A stretch of DNA of 64,000 nucleotides from Mobula birostris (taxonomy: Eukaryota). The DNA is taken from contig NC_092371.1 in NCBI RefSeq assembly GCF_030028105.1, forward strand, positions 96,189,064 to 96,253,063, in the 5' to 3' direction. The notes beneath the pieces are model-generated. The model did no database searches. It was not told where the DNA came from and saw only the letters and a program-made list of their open reading frames with translations. Shown here piece after piece: positions 22,729 through 35,415 of this stretch. Position 1 is the stretch's first letter; the number at the start of each line of letters is the position of its first letter. The position numbers were made by a program, and so were the translations under genes.

Positions 22729-25700
22729 CTGGAATGAAAAAAAAAGTCCATATTAAAGAACGATAACAAATTGTGTCTGAATCATTTAATACTTCCTGGC
22801 TTGACGTGCGGCCTCTCAGATGGCAAGTTGCGGGTTCAGGTCCAACACCGCAGACGAGTAGCAAAAAGTGGACTGACATTGCAGAACGGTGCCGAATGCA
22901 TGTTGAACCATCGGCCTTAGGTTGGTACGGTGACTGGATACGACTTGTGAGATTATTTCAAGAGGAGCAGGAGAGATTATTGTCCTGGACAATGTTTATA
23001 ACTCAGAAATATCATAAATACATAGCTGCACTGCAATTACTGACACCCACCCCGCTAGCATAGGCTGGGCAGTTCCAGTTACAATTCTAATATTTTTTTT
23101 TTGTCCGTGTGAATGAACGCCCTTATATCCGAGGGTGATTTATCTTATCCGTTGCAGGGCGGCTACCTCGCGGTCTTCACAGTGAGCTGTCATGCTCTAA
23201 ATGCATGACTATACAAGAAGACTGGAGGTTGCTCTGCTTCATGGGTTTTAACAAAATGACCCAGGATACCAAAACAAACAGAGCGCTACTCGCACACTTC
23301 CAAATTCGCGCGGCATGACATACACCTTCCACCTTCAGATCTCTCCTTATCTCATGCGATAAAGGCAGAAATGGCGACTTTCGAACAATTGCGCTCTGGT
23401 GTGTATTCCTGAGTTAAGAGCCGCCAATGCAATAACTGATCCATAAACGCACTTACCAGTCTATGGCGATCAACACCTCACAGAAACACGAGCCGCATAC
23501 TGGAATCCTAGAGTTATACAACAAGAAAACAAGTTCTTCTCTCACTTCGTTGATGCCGAATAAGGCGTCGAGTCAGCTGGACCCATTCATCTGCATTTGC
23601 TCCATATCTCTTTAAACATTACCCATCCGTGTACATCTCCAAATGTATTTTAAACTTCGCAACTGTTGCAAAACCTATTGTTTCCTCTGACACATTTTGC
23701 CATTTAACCACCATCTTTGTGAAAAAAAAAAATTCCTTTAATTTTCCTCTGTCTTCTTAAACCCATGCCCTCCAGTTTTAAGCACCGTGACAATGAGAAA
23801 TAGACTTTGACCTAAAAGGATCTGGTGCTTTCCCGGCATATATGACGAATAAACGCTTCTCGCGTTTCCTGCCGGATACAGGTATCCATTTTGACCGAGG
23901 CTTCAATGACAAACTCTCCACCTTCAAGATGAAGACGGCAGAGTTTGTCATCGAAATGTCGGTTAAAAGCGATACTTCTACCCGTCTGGAAGCCATAGAG
24001 GGGTTTATTAGACGTTCACCGTTCACCCTATGTATTTCCGTCATGAATTAATAAACCTCTAATGTCACACGTCAGCCTCTTTGCGTTGAAAGGAAAGCAA
24101 TCCCAGTTTATCCCAGTAGTTCATTATAATTCACGACGCCCATCCATGTGGTCAACTAGAGCCCTGCCCACATCAATTGTTTTGGTCACCTCTTCAAAAC
24201 AGCCAAGTAAGTTTCGGAGACGTGATTTCTCACACATAACATCATGCTGACTATTCCTAATGTCTTGCCTTTCCAAATATATATAGAGCTCCTGTCGCAG
24301 AATCACCTAGAGTAGCCTTCAACTAATGTTAGGGTCGCCGGTCTGTAGTTCCTTAGCTTATCCTTGCAGTCTCAAATAAAAATGAAACATTAGTCAAAAT
24401 TTAGATTTCCGAAAGCATGCATGTGGCTAACAAAAATACAAAAGTCTCTGCAAAGATCCCAGCAATTTGTTCCCAAGCTTGCTACATGATTGAGGATATA
24501 GAGACCAAGGTCCCGAGATTTATCAACTGTTATTCTCCTAAAAATGCCAACAGTCCATTTTCCATAACATCATTATGCTTCGGGGCATCGCATTGTTCAT
24601 CGCCGATTGTCCGAGCTTCTATGACTTTTCCACTTTAAAGTAGATTAGAAGTATTAATTTCATTCCACGTCAGTCTCCTGAGGCTCCACACATCGACGAT
24701 CAAACTAATCCCTACGTGGAACTTTTTTTCTCCCCAGCTGCCTTTCTACTCTTAATATATTTAAAGAATCTCTTCGGATCAACTTATCTGCTAAGGATCT
24801 GTCCACATTTGCTCCTATTTTCTTCATTAACTAAATTTCTAAATTCCTTACTTTCCCATCAGCTTTTGCTTGATCTCAGTTGGCTCTGCGTCGCATTTTC
24901 TGTGTCCTGAGCAGAACCGCAATACCCTACCTTGTCTTTCACTCTGACAGGAACATATTTGCCCTGAATTCTCTGCGTGTCACTTTCAAAAACTTCCGAC
25001 TTGCCAAACTTCACTGCACCGGCTAACAGCTTCTCCGAATCAATCTTTGAGAGTTCCGGTCCAATCCCATCAAATTTTACTTTGCTCCAATTTAGGCTCT
25101 AACTTGTGAACTACACGTATCTATTTTTCAAAAATACTTTAAAAACTAATAGATTTATGGTGACTGGTCCCAAAGCGCTCTTTCAATCGCTTGAAAGGCC
25201 TCATGTCCTAAAACGAGATCGATTCTGATTCTGGAGACGAAACAGTGGAGCGCTTTAACTAAATTCTATACAGTATTAGGTTTCTGGGTACGGTGCTACT
25301 GCAGAATTTCCATAACCTGCTGAGGATTGATACTAACGGACGGGCAGTCTAGGGGCTCATCTTTCCATCTAACTCGTGATGTCCTGGCCTTGCCAGTGTT
25401 TATCGCGATATTGTAAGTGAAATCGATTTGTGTTTAACTCATCATACTCGTACCCTTGGAGTGTTTGAAAGGAGAACCGTACAGGAATGGATTTTAGTCT
25501 TGCAAATACGGAGGGATAATGATGGAAGGAAGTCAATTAGCTTTACTCAGTAATGTAACTCAAGAATCAGGTGCAAACTAAATCTCCCTCCACACAACTC
25601 TGTCAAATATTCCCAGGTCAGACACGGTGCGGTCTAAATATTTGAAAAGTAACCTGAACCCTATGGCATCGAATACTTGAGAAACCTGTTCTGATAATAT

Positions 25701-27323
25701 AAATCAGAGGGAGGAGGCGCCAGCCATGTAAATCCAATGCAGCAGTTAATATCTACAAAAATAGCCCAAATCCGGTAATTTGCCCTTTCAAGATAACTGC
25801 AGAATGATTGTTACAAATCTAGATTACTTTAGTGCAAATAACTGAATGTTCGTGCACTGTACTTTGATTAATGCTACTGTAACAACAAAGAGAATTCGCG
25901 TCATCGAAGCTTTTTCAATGTTTGCAGTGTTTACCGCAGCAATCTATGGTGAGGTGAAAGAAAGCTCCGTGGAAAGTCAATGGTTTCTGTGATCATCATC
26001 CTAATACGTGATAGAAACTTGCGATTGCTCGTTTCAACCCATTTTGTAAGAACGATGTACTTATTTCCATCAGTGCTCAGGGTTTAAATGTAGGTGTTGC
26101 TTTCAAACTAACCTTCGGAAACGGTGTTATAATAATGTAGCTATAGATGGCATTAAGTTGCAAACAATAAATCTCAGTAGTCTTATGTATAGAATTAACG
26201 AACACATGCTGGTGATAGGTTATTCCGAAAGAGTTCTGCCTCTTTTCTATTGATGGAATGAATTCATTGACTCCCTTTCTTATGTAAAACTCTGATGCAA
26301 AGAGGACGTAAATTTCGAGCGTTCGAAAGTCATCCTTAAATTCTGTGTTGGTCTAAGAGATTTCGGGGAGCTTCTGGTTATCAGACTCTAATTCTCGGCC
26401 CGACAGGAATTGAAGGATATCCCCTTCTCCCCTGTTCTAACTACAGTGGCACATACACAAACTGCTGGAGGAAGTCAGCAGGCCAGGCATCATATGCTCT
26501 CGCTGTCCCTTTCAATTTACTTGAGTCAAACAGCCTCTTCTTCCAACACACCCTCCCTCCCGAAAATAACACAAATTTAAAGAGCCTCATATGCTTTGAG
26601 GATTCAAGGAATTCCGTAAAATTCACGCTGATGGCTTAAATATTTTATCGAAAATTACTTTCACTGCTAATAGCTCTTCATGTCCCTAACTTAAATATTT
26701 TCTCACTTTCCCATGTGCGATGCTTTGACTATTAATAAGAGCTGCAAATTATTCTGCTGACAGCTTCTGCATGAACCATGAGACTAATAGAAAATAAAGC
26801 TTTTACTCGCAGAATGCTGCTTAATGCATAGAAACGCATCATCGGCATTATGTGCAATGCTGTATGACGTGAGCAATCATGGTCTTATCCTTGACAAATT
26901 TGCCCTTGGCAATTTTTTCTACATAAGTGGTTTGCCATTGCCTTCTTCTTGGCAGTGTCTTCAGAGACTATTATCAATGCACTTCAGAGAGCATCTGCCT
27001 GGCGTCAGTAGTCGCATAATCAGAAAATTTGATAATACGTCCATCCACCACTTTCTCCCATGGCTTCACGTGACCCTGATCAGGGAGCTGAACAGGTAAT
27101 ATACCTTGCTCAAGGGTGACATGCAAGCTAGCAGAGCGAAAAAGTCTCCTTTGGTAGAGACGTATCTCCACACTACCACCCAAATACAATCTCAAAATTG
27201 TTTAAGTTCTGAGTGCCATATTCACGTAATAGTTGCACCAATAATCTAATTGACTCCACGTCTTTATAAATTGGATCCCTAAAATGATAAGGAAATTCAA
27301 CTGCATAAAAAAACGCTGCTTAC

Positions 27324-27672
27324 CTGTTACAGCCAGCTTGGTGCCTCCACCGAAGTGGAACGCGTTTGACTTCCAATAGTCACAGTAGTAATCGGCGTCG
27401 TCCTCCGGTTGAACATTGCTAATGGTTAAAAATGCGGCGTTATCAAGACTGAAACCTTCCAGAGAATCTATCGGGAATGCCAGTACCCTTTACGTCCCGA
27501 CGGAGATCATGATAGAGGAGAAATCGGGGAGTACCATCAGGTTTCTGTTGGTACCAATTTATGTCATCGTTTCCCAAGTTAGTGCCTGACACGCTACAAC
27601 CGATCTTCACTGTTCCTCTCGGCTGAATGAACAGAGATCCCTCTTGACTTAATGTGATCTCTGCATTTGAAC
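27324..27672 (-). pseudogene. IGLV: Pre-joined VJ exon, frameshifted
   Basis: SNAEITLSQEGSLFIQPRGTVKIGC...WYQQKPDGTPRFLL...[12 protein letters not shown] (TGA 27445-27443); after a frame change [40 protein letters not shown] then G|GTAAGC donor; no RSS between V and J. Confidence 0.92.
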
Positions 27673-27773
27673 CCAGAAAAATAAACCGGTATTAGATGGC
27701 GGGCTTCATGTTAATAATTATCTGCAACAGGAATGCGCTCTAAAAATCCAAATAACTGTTATTAGATACTTAC

Positions 27774-27816
27774 AGGCTGCGCAAATTATCAAGATGACAC
27801 CCACCCTCCCGGACAT
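27774..27816 (-). CDS. Leader exon of the minus-strand pseudogene (MSGRVGVILIICAA)
   Basis: ATG at 27816, 14 codons + T, then GTAAGT; hydrophobic core; ~100-bp intron to VJ. Confidence 0.85.
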
Positions 27817-27934
27817 CGTGAATTCGGATGCGTTCTGGAAAGTTCACGGTTTTCAGTCAGAATATAACGCTGGTCGGCTCTCCTTGCCTTATCAGTGCAA
27901 CGAATAGGAGCACGTGATTATGTGCTCTATATTT

Positions 27935-27942
27935 ATGCAAAT
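27935..27942 (-). promoter_or_regulatory. Ig octamer ATTTGCAT
   Basis: Exact octamer ~120 bp upstream of the leader ATG; TGATAAG at ~27888-27894 mirrors the plus-strand gene. Confidence 0.88.
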
Positions 27943-28514
27943 TAATGCTGCCTTACGAGGTTTACTTGGGCAACTGTGTTCAGCTTGCCATCCCCTAAGA
28001 TTTCCCAGCTGGAAATGGCGACATTGAAAAAACAAACCGACAGCAATTTTCCACGTTATACTTGGAGTTCTTGAGAAGTAACTTCACAAACTTGCATCTG
28101 TAACTGCATAAACACCTCAAGAACATCACGCTACCAATCAATTAATTTGTATAAATTACTAACCTCCCTTTTACAGTGTCAGTTACAGTAAGTCTAAATC
28201 ACAGAATCAACCACCTTACTAACCTTGTAACAACCCCGATATCCTTCAATAAAGTGACCTATCCATTAGCTTTAGCTGTCTGTACTCTGTATCGTGATCA
28301 TGCGTGTTCGTTACAATTAAATAGATTTTTAATGAAAAATCCAAAAATGCTTGAATGTCTCAGTTACTTTGAGTTGTGCCCAAACGCGAGGAATAAGCGA
28401 GAAATTAACAGAATAAATCAAATATGTACGTCTTGCTGAAAATACTATATATAAGTGATGATATCGGGTGATTAAACATACAAAATCAAATATATTGATC
28501 ATGATTGTGTTCAT

Positions 28515-30597
28515 CCCAGTTTGGCAAAAGAATAAATCAAGGAAGGTAGTGCACCCGTGGCTGACAAGAGAAATTAGGGATAGTATCAATTCCAAAGAAG
28601 AAGCATACAAATTAGCCAGAGAAAGTGGATCACCTGAGGACTGGGAGAAATTCAGAGTTCAGCAGAGGAGGACAAAGGGCTTAATTAGGAAGGGGAAAAA
28701 AGATTATGAGAGAAAACAGGCAGGAAACATAAAAACTGACTGTAAAAGCTTTTATAGATATGTAAAAAGGAAAAGACTGGTAAAGACAAATGTAGGTCCC
28801 CTGCAGACAGAAACAGGTGAATTGATTATGGGGAGCAAGGACATGGCAGACCAATTGAATAATTACTTTGGTTCAGTCTTCACTAAGGAGGACATAAATA
28901 ATCTTCCAGAAATAGTAGGGGACAGAGGGTCCAGTGAGATGGAGGAACTGAACGAAATACATGTTAGTAGGGAAGTGGTGTTAGGTAAATTGAAGGGATT
29001 AAAGGCAGATAAATCCCCAGGGCCAGATGGTCTGCATCCCAGGGTGCTTAAGGAAGTAGCCCAAGAAATAGTGGATGCATTAGTGATAATTTTTCAAAAC
29101 TCGTTAGATTCTGGACTAGTTCCTGAGGATTGGAGGGTGGCTAATGTAACTCCACTTTATAAAAAAGGAGGGAGAGAGAAACCGGGGAATTATAGACCGG
29201 TTAGCCTAATGTCGGTGGTGGAGAAACTGCTGGAGTCAGTTATCAAGGATGTGATAACAGCACATTTGGAAAGCGGTGAAATGATCAGACAAAGTCAGCA
29301 TGGATTTGAGAAAGGAAAATCATGTCTGATGAATCTCATAGAATTTCTTGAGGATGTAACTAGTGGAGTGGATAGGGGAGAACCAGTGGATGTGGTATAT
29401 TTGGATTTTCAAAAGGCTTTTGACAAGGTCCCACACAGGAGATTAGTGTGCAAACTTAAAGCACACGGTATTGGGGGTAAGGTATTGGTGTGGGTGGAGA
29501 ATTGGTTAGCACACAGGAAGCAAAGAATGGGAATAAACGGGACCTTTTCAGAATGGCAGGCGGTGACTAGTGGGGTACCGCAAGGCTCGGTGCTGGGACC
29601 CCAGTTGTATACAATATATATTAATGACTTGGATGAGGGAATTAAATGCAGCATCTCCAAGTTTGCGGATGACACGAAGCTGGGTGGCAGTGTTAGCTGT
29701 GAGGAGGATGCTAAGAGGATGCAGGGTGACTTGGATAGGTTGGGTGAGTGGGCAAATTCATGGCAGATGCAATTTAATGTGGATAAATGTGAAGTTATCC
29801 ACTTTGGTGGCAAAAATAGGAAAACAGATTATTATCTGAATGGTGGCCGATTAGGAAAAGGGGAGGTGCAACGAGACCTGGGTGTCATTATACACCAGTC
29901 ATTGAAAGTGGGCATGCAGGTACAGCAGGCGGTGAAAAAGGCAAATGGTATGCTGGCATTTATAGCGAGAGGATTCGAGTACAGGAGCAGGGAGGTACTA
30001 CTGCAGTTGTACAAGGCCTTGGTGAGACCACACCTGGAGTATTGTGTGCAGTTTTGGTCCCCTAATCTGAGGAAAGACATCCTTGCCATAGAGGGAGTAC
30101 AAAGAAGGTTCACCAGATTGATTCCTGGGATAGCAGGACTTTCATATGAAGAAAGACTGGATGAACTGGGCTTGTACTCGTTGGAATTTAGAAGATTGAG
30201 GGGGGATCTGATTGAAACGTATAAGATCCTAAAGGGATTGGACAGGCTAGATGCAGGAAGATTGTTCCCAATGTTGGGGAAGTCCAGAACGAGGGGCCAC
30301 AGTTTGAGGATAGAGGGGAAGCCTTTTAGGACCGAGATTAGGAAAAACTTCTTCACACAGAGAGTGCTGAATCTGTGGAATTCTCTGCCACAGGAAACAG
30401 TTGAGGCCAGTTCATTGGCTATATTTAAGAGGGAGTTAGATATGGCCCTTGTGGCTACGGGGGTCAGGGGGTATGGAGGGAAGGCTGGGGCGGTGTTCTG
30501 AGTTGGATGATCAGCCATGATCATAATAAATGGCGGTGCAGGCTCGAAGGGCCGAATGGCCTACTCCTGCACCTATTTTCTATGTTTCTATGTTTCT
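28515..30597 (+). mobile_element. Young 5'-truncated CR1 LINE with uninterrupted RT ORF
   Basis: ORF 28468-30501 (677 aa) with [27 protein letters not shown]; no endonuclease domain; (TATGTTTC)n tail. Confidence 0.95.
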
Positions 30598-31189
30598 ATT
30601 ACTTCAATTAGGTTGCCAGGCGCACAGCATATGTTCGGATTCGGAATATCGTCAAGACACAAATACTTATATTAGCTGAGAGTCTAGTTAAAGAGTGATT
30701 GATTTGCTCAGACAGGGGCTCTGAGAGTAAGCTTGACAAAGACATTTACTTTATGAATTGTCTTTTATTATAAATTTATATATAAGGAAAAATATTTATG
30801 GCAGAAATATTTGCACCCATAAGACACTAACATAAGTAATAGGCGAAACAAGGCGGCAATAAAGAACAACACTGCAGAACTTTATTTTGGAATATTTTGC
30901 AGGAGATGGTATTGGGAAAAAGGTCTTTAAAATAGAGGTAAATAATTGAAAAAAATGAAGCTGCAACCCCCTACTTAATTCGATGATCCTCCAAACCATG
31001 GAAACCTCTGCATACAAATATTATTCACGCCAGTCTATTCCCTCGTTAACGTAACTTAGACTATTGATTCACTTTCAAGGGGGGAATAACTCATGCAATC
31101 AATGATTGAATGCAAAGTGACAGGCACTGCACCCATTGGCTTCTTTTTACTTTTTATTCGCCTCTTTTCAGTTTTTTAGGTATGCATAT

Positions 31190-32600
31190 CTAAATTGGAA
31201 AAAGGCCAATTTTGATGGTATCAGAAAGGATCAGGCAAGTGTGAACTGGGACTAGCCGTCTTCTGGTAAAGGTGTACTTGGTAAGTAGGAGGCCTTCATA
31301 AGTGGAAATTTGAGAGTAAAAGTCTTGTATGTTAAAGGTAACAGGTTCAAGGAACCTCAGTTTCCAAGAGATCTTGAGGCCCTGGCCAAGGAGAAAAAGG
31401 GGGATCATCGCAGCTATAAATGAGGAACAAATGAGGTACATCTGGAGTATGTGAAATGCAAGAGAACACTTAAGAAAGAAATCAGGAAGGCAAAAAGAAG
31501 GTCTGAGGTTTGCAATGTGAATGAGGCTTCTTCAGATATATTACGAGAAAAGGATTGCAAGGGGAAAAAACTGGTCCTCTGGAAGATCAGAATGGTAATC
31601 TATGCGTGGAGCCAGAAGAGATGCGGAGATCTTAAATCCTTTTTTTCCTTTTTGAATCTCTGTTCACTCGAGAGACGGACACAGAACCTATAGAAATGAG
31701 GCAAAGCGGAAGCGAGGTCGTGGACCCTATGCGATTTCAGAAGACAAGGTGTTTGCTATCTTGAGGAAAATTAGGGAGGATAAATCCTCAGGCCCAACAA
31801 GGTGTTCCCTTAAACTCTGTGAGAGGCAAGTGCTGAAATTGCAGGGGACAGAACATAATCATCCTTAACAACACGAAAAGCACCGGAGTATTACACGATA
31901 GCTGGTGTTATCCCGCTGTTTATTAAAGGCTCTAAATATAAACCAGATAATTAAGGTCGGGCGACCCTGGCATCAGTCGTGGTAAAGTTGTTGGGAGGTT
32001 GTTCTAAGAGACCAGATATATGAGTATTTGGATGGAGAGAGATTGATTAGGGATGGTCAGCATGGCTTTGTGCGTGGTAAGTCGAGACGAATCAAGTTTT
32101 TCGAGGAAGTTACCAGGAAATTGGATGAAGGCAAGGCAGTGGATGTTGTCTACAAGGCATTTGAAAAGGTCCCGCATGGGAGGCTGGTTAAGAAGGTCAA
32201 GTTGATCAGCATTAAAGTTTAGGTAATCAAATGGATTAGACATTGACTTTGTGGGAGAAACCGGAGGATGACTTTACATGGTTAGATCTCTTACTGGACG
32301 CCTGTGACTAGTGGAGTGTCGCAGTGATTGATGCTGGGTCCGTTGTTCTTTGTCATCTATATCAATGACCTGGTTGATAATGTGGTTATCTAGATCAGCA
32401 AATTTGCGGTTGACTTCAAATTTGGGAGTGTAGTGTATAGTGACGAAGACTATCAGCTTCCGGAGGGATCTGGCCCAGTACAAAAAATGGGCTAAAAAAT
32501 AACAGATGGAATTTAATGCTGACAAGTGCAAGGTGTTGACCTTTGGTAGCGCCAACCAGAGTAGGTCTTACACAGTGAACGGTAGGACACTAAAGACTGT
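31190..32600 (+). mobile_element. Old decayed CR1 fragment
   Basis: ORF 32028-32222 QHGFVRGKS...KAVDVVYKAFEKVPHGRL plus degenerate flanking RT-like sequence. Confidence 0.7.
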
Positions 32601-32757
32601 CGGGATAGGTGTTGACAAGCCGTACCCTTCTTTCAAATTTCAAAGTACATTTATGATCAGTGTTTACAATGTGACGGGGTCCTGATTTACCCCTATGAAC
32701 TGTGCTTTTGAAAAAGAGAGAGAGAGAGTTATTTAACACCGACATGTTGTTTTGAAA

Positions 32758-32798
<41 letters not shown>

Positions 32799-33352
32799 CT
32801 AAGACTAACTGTTGGACTGTCACTTTAAGGCACTGGAAGTAACTTTTGGATTTCTGCTGAGCTGGAGTTGGAGATGGCACCGAGCAGCTTGTAAGTTGCT
32901 ATGGTGACCGAAGGCGGTGTTAAATAATGGACACTCGACGTTATGATTCCCTGCAGGTTGTTGACACTCCTCAAGGACTTTTGCCTGCTTGCATTTCTTC
33001 ACAAAGAGAGGAAGGAGGAGTTATTTGAATGACAATTGATGCTCAGCACGAGAAGATAAAATAGAAGGTCAGATGATAGACCTCAGACACATGCTCTGGA
33101 CACTGAATGAGCATTGTTGTGCCCGCAGGAAAAGTGGGTTTTGGAGGATCGATCAGGCGGATCAATCAGTAGCTCTTGCAGTGGAAAGAGGAAAAGGGTT
33201 GACTGGTGGGGAGTTATCCATGTGTCCACCTTGGCCTGGGGGATAGCTCCACCACAGAAAACCAGTCCCCTTTGCTAAAGTCACAGTCGGTGACTTTTAA
33301 AGGATTTCTGAGGACAACGAGAAGATCGACGGCGTCAGCTCACTTGAACACT

Positions 33353-33388
<36 letters not shown>

Positions 33389-33683
33389 ACTACTCAACTA
33401 AATACCATGAACTGAACTGAACTGAACTTTAGTCATCATCGTAAGACTATATCTTTTTACCCCTAGACCTAAAGAAGCTTGGTTTTTCATACATATATTT
33501 CCACACTTACTGATATACTTACTTATATATGTAATCATTGCTAACCTGTTTGATTTATCTACATTTATATTGCTGTTTTGCGTAGTTACTAATAAATATT
33601 ATTAGTTAATAGCAATACTGGACTCCGAAGTGTTCTCCATCTCTGCTGGTTCTTTATTCCTGTTACGGTGTACGTGACAAAAC

Positions 33684-33701
33684 TGGGGGCTCGTCCGGGA
33701 T
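33684..33701 (+). promoter_or_regulatory. Primer-binding site complementary to tRNA-Pro
   Basis: TGGGGGCTCGTCCGGGAT, the known tRNA-Pro PBS sequence (as in MLV), 4 nt after the 5' LTR. Confidence 0.9.
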
Positions 33702-35415
33702 ATGAACAATTTGGTCGGGAGGCTTGTTTGAATTGATTGGGGGAAATTCCCTTTTGATTTGGTTGTGTGGAAATACAGCAGAAATGGATGTTATTATTGA
33801 GGATAAGCTTCAGCTTCAGTTGGAAAAATTACGAATGGAGCAAAAATTGAAATTGAGACAGCTCAAGAGAGAGGCTAGAGAGGCAGCAAAACAGAGAGCA
33901 AAGGCAGCAAAACGGAGAGAAGAGGCAGAAAGGCAGAGGCAGCTCGAGAGGGAGAAATGGCAACGTGAGAATCACGTGGCAGACAAGCAGAAGTGGTTCG
34001 AGCTGGAAAAGTTAGAGAGGTTGCAGCAAAGAAGTTCAGTGTCGGACCCTGATGATTTTTCCAGCTCCGAAGGGCTTGTTTTGTGTGATAAATTTAAAAG
34101 TTGTGCTCTTGATGATGTAAGGGCATACCCAGATGCAGAGGATGCAGTTACCCTGCAGGAGTTTGATAAAAAAAAGCAGGCGAAGAAGTTTTAACCCACG
34201 AGGTTGAGTTTACTCCAGATGAGTGTTTGCCAGAGAATAGCTGGGAGGTTCGGGATGACCTTGAATTTGAAACTGAGACACATGATGACAACCCAGAAGA
34301 GGCAGCTGTTCCGATTGAATGTGTTCAGGTTGTTGAAGTACCTGTGAGTTCACAGGATTCTAAACCTTGTGTTGTGGCTCAGTTGAAGTCTGAGGTGTCT
34401 GGCTTGGTTAGAAAAGAACACAGTTTTTTGTGTCAGATGATCTTGGTTCAGTGATTAAGGGGTTAACCTTGGTACCAGTGGATTGTGAGGATTCTCAGTC
34501 ATTTGTATTAGACCGTGTTTTAAAAGTTGGTGAAAAGGTGGAAATTAGTAAGGTCAGTGTTGCTGAAAATAATGGGGAAAGTGCTCTTCCTGGACCTTTG
34601 GATAAAGTGCTGGAAAAGGGTGGATCGGTTGCGCGACTTTTGACCCTGCTTGCAGGACAAAGTTTGGGCACCTACAAGGTTATGATGTTGTTGAGGAGAA
34701 GAAGAATTGTTATGGTTTTGGGGTGGAAGTTGCTAAGGAAGAAAGTCAAAAAGGAAGTTGTAATCAAATGAATGGATTGTTTGGCCTCTTCCATAATGTA
34801 TACATGGTTTTCATATGCCTGATGATGGTACTGAGTTTAGTAAACAATGGAGGCATGTTGACACCTCTCCAAGATAAGGTTGATGTAGCTGTTCAATTTA
34901 TGAGCAAAGCTGCTGTTGAGACCTATGATAGCAAAACCAGAGGTTTCAATTATAATGATGTGTCACAGTCTTTTCTACCTTCCAGATTTCCGCAGGACTT
35001 AGAGGGTAGTAAGGCTGAGGAAAGCAAGGAGAAAAGGAAAGGTTTGTCCTTATTGTGGAAGGAAGTTATAGAGGAACAGAAGCGAGATTCTGAAATGGTG
35101 GCTTTAAAGGAGATAGCTCTCACAGGAGAGGAGGTTCAGAGAGAGTCAGTGGGGTGTTGATGAGGAGGTGGATACCAGCCACAGTGCCTGCAAGTCACGT
35201 GGTGGTTCTGGAAGTTTACAGGGCTGAAATTTTAAACATGGCTTACAGTATGCCTTTAAGTGGACATCATATAGTGAGAGAGACAGTGAACAGGATTATG
35301 AAGGAATTTTACTGGCCTAGTTTAAGAAAGGATGTTGTGAATTGTAACAGGGTTTTCCATACCTGTCAAGCTGCTGGGAAATCTAATCAGATTATTCAGG
35401 TAACACTACTTAAAC

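Larger units (their letters stand above)
22400..27816 (-). pseudogene. IGL: Germline-joined Ig lambda L-VJ-C pseudogene
   Basis: Leader 27816-27774, VJ 27672-27324, C 22728-22400; acceptor AG>GG, VJ frameshift, C nonsense codon. Confidence 0.92.

Noticed and set aside
22490-22879. 129-aa ORF with a hydrophobic leader-like start before the C2 domain
   Set aside because: The upstream part is intron read through the acceptor and has no counterpart in C1; the ORF ends at the nonsense codon
23178-23216. CACAGTG heptamers (also ~32573 and ~35181) as possible RSSs
   Set aside because: No nonamer at 12 or 23 spacing and no adjacent V or J segment
27381-27387. TACTGTG cryptic heptamer at the YYC codons of the minus-strand VJ
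   Set aside because: Follows from the conserved Tyr-Cys codons; no unrearranged V donor in the window and the gene is a pseudogene
28468-28514. Apparent N-terminus of the 677-aa ORF
   Set aside because: Flanking non-CR1 sequence read into a 5'-truncated LINE; not evidence of a domesticated gene
29409-30524. Antisense ORFs of 134 and 230 aa (also 14915-15952, 16182-16925, 53217-53609)
   Set aside because: Shadow frames of CR1 RT coding sequence
32716-33430. (GA)n, (CT)n and (TGAAC)n microsatellites (also 52458, 56848, 62226)
   Set aside because: Ordinary simple repeats, mostly internal to LTRs or element tails
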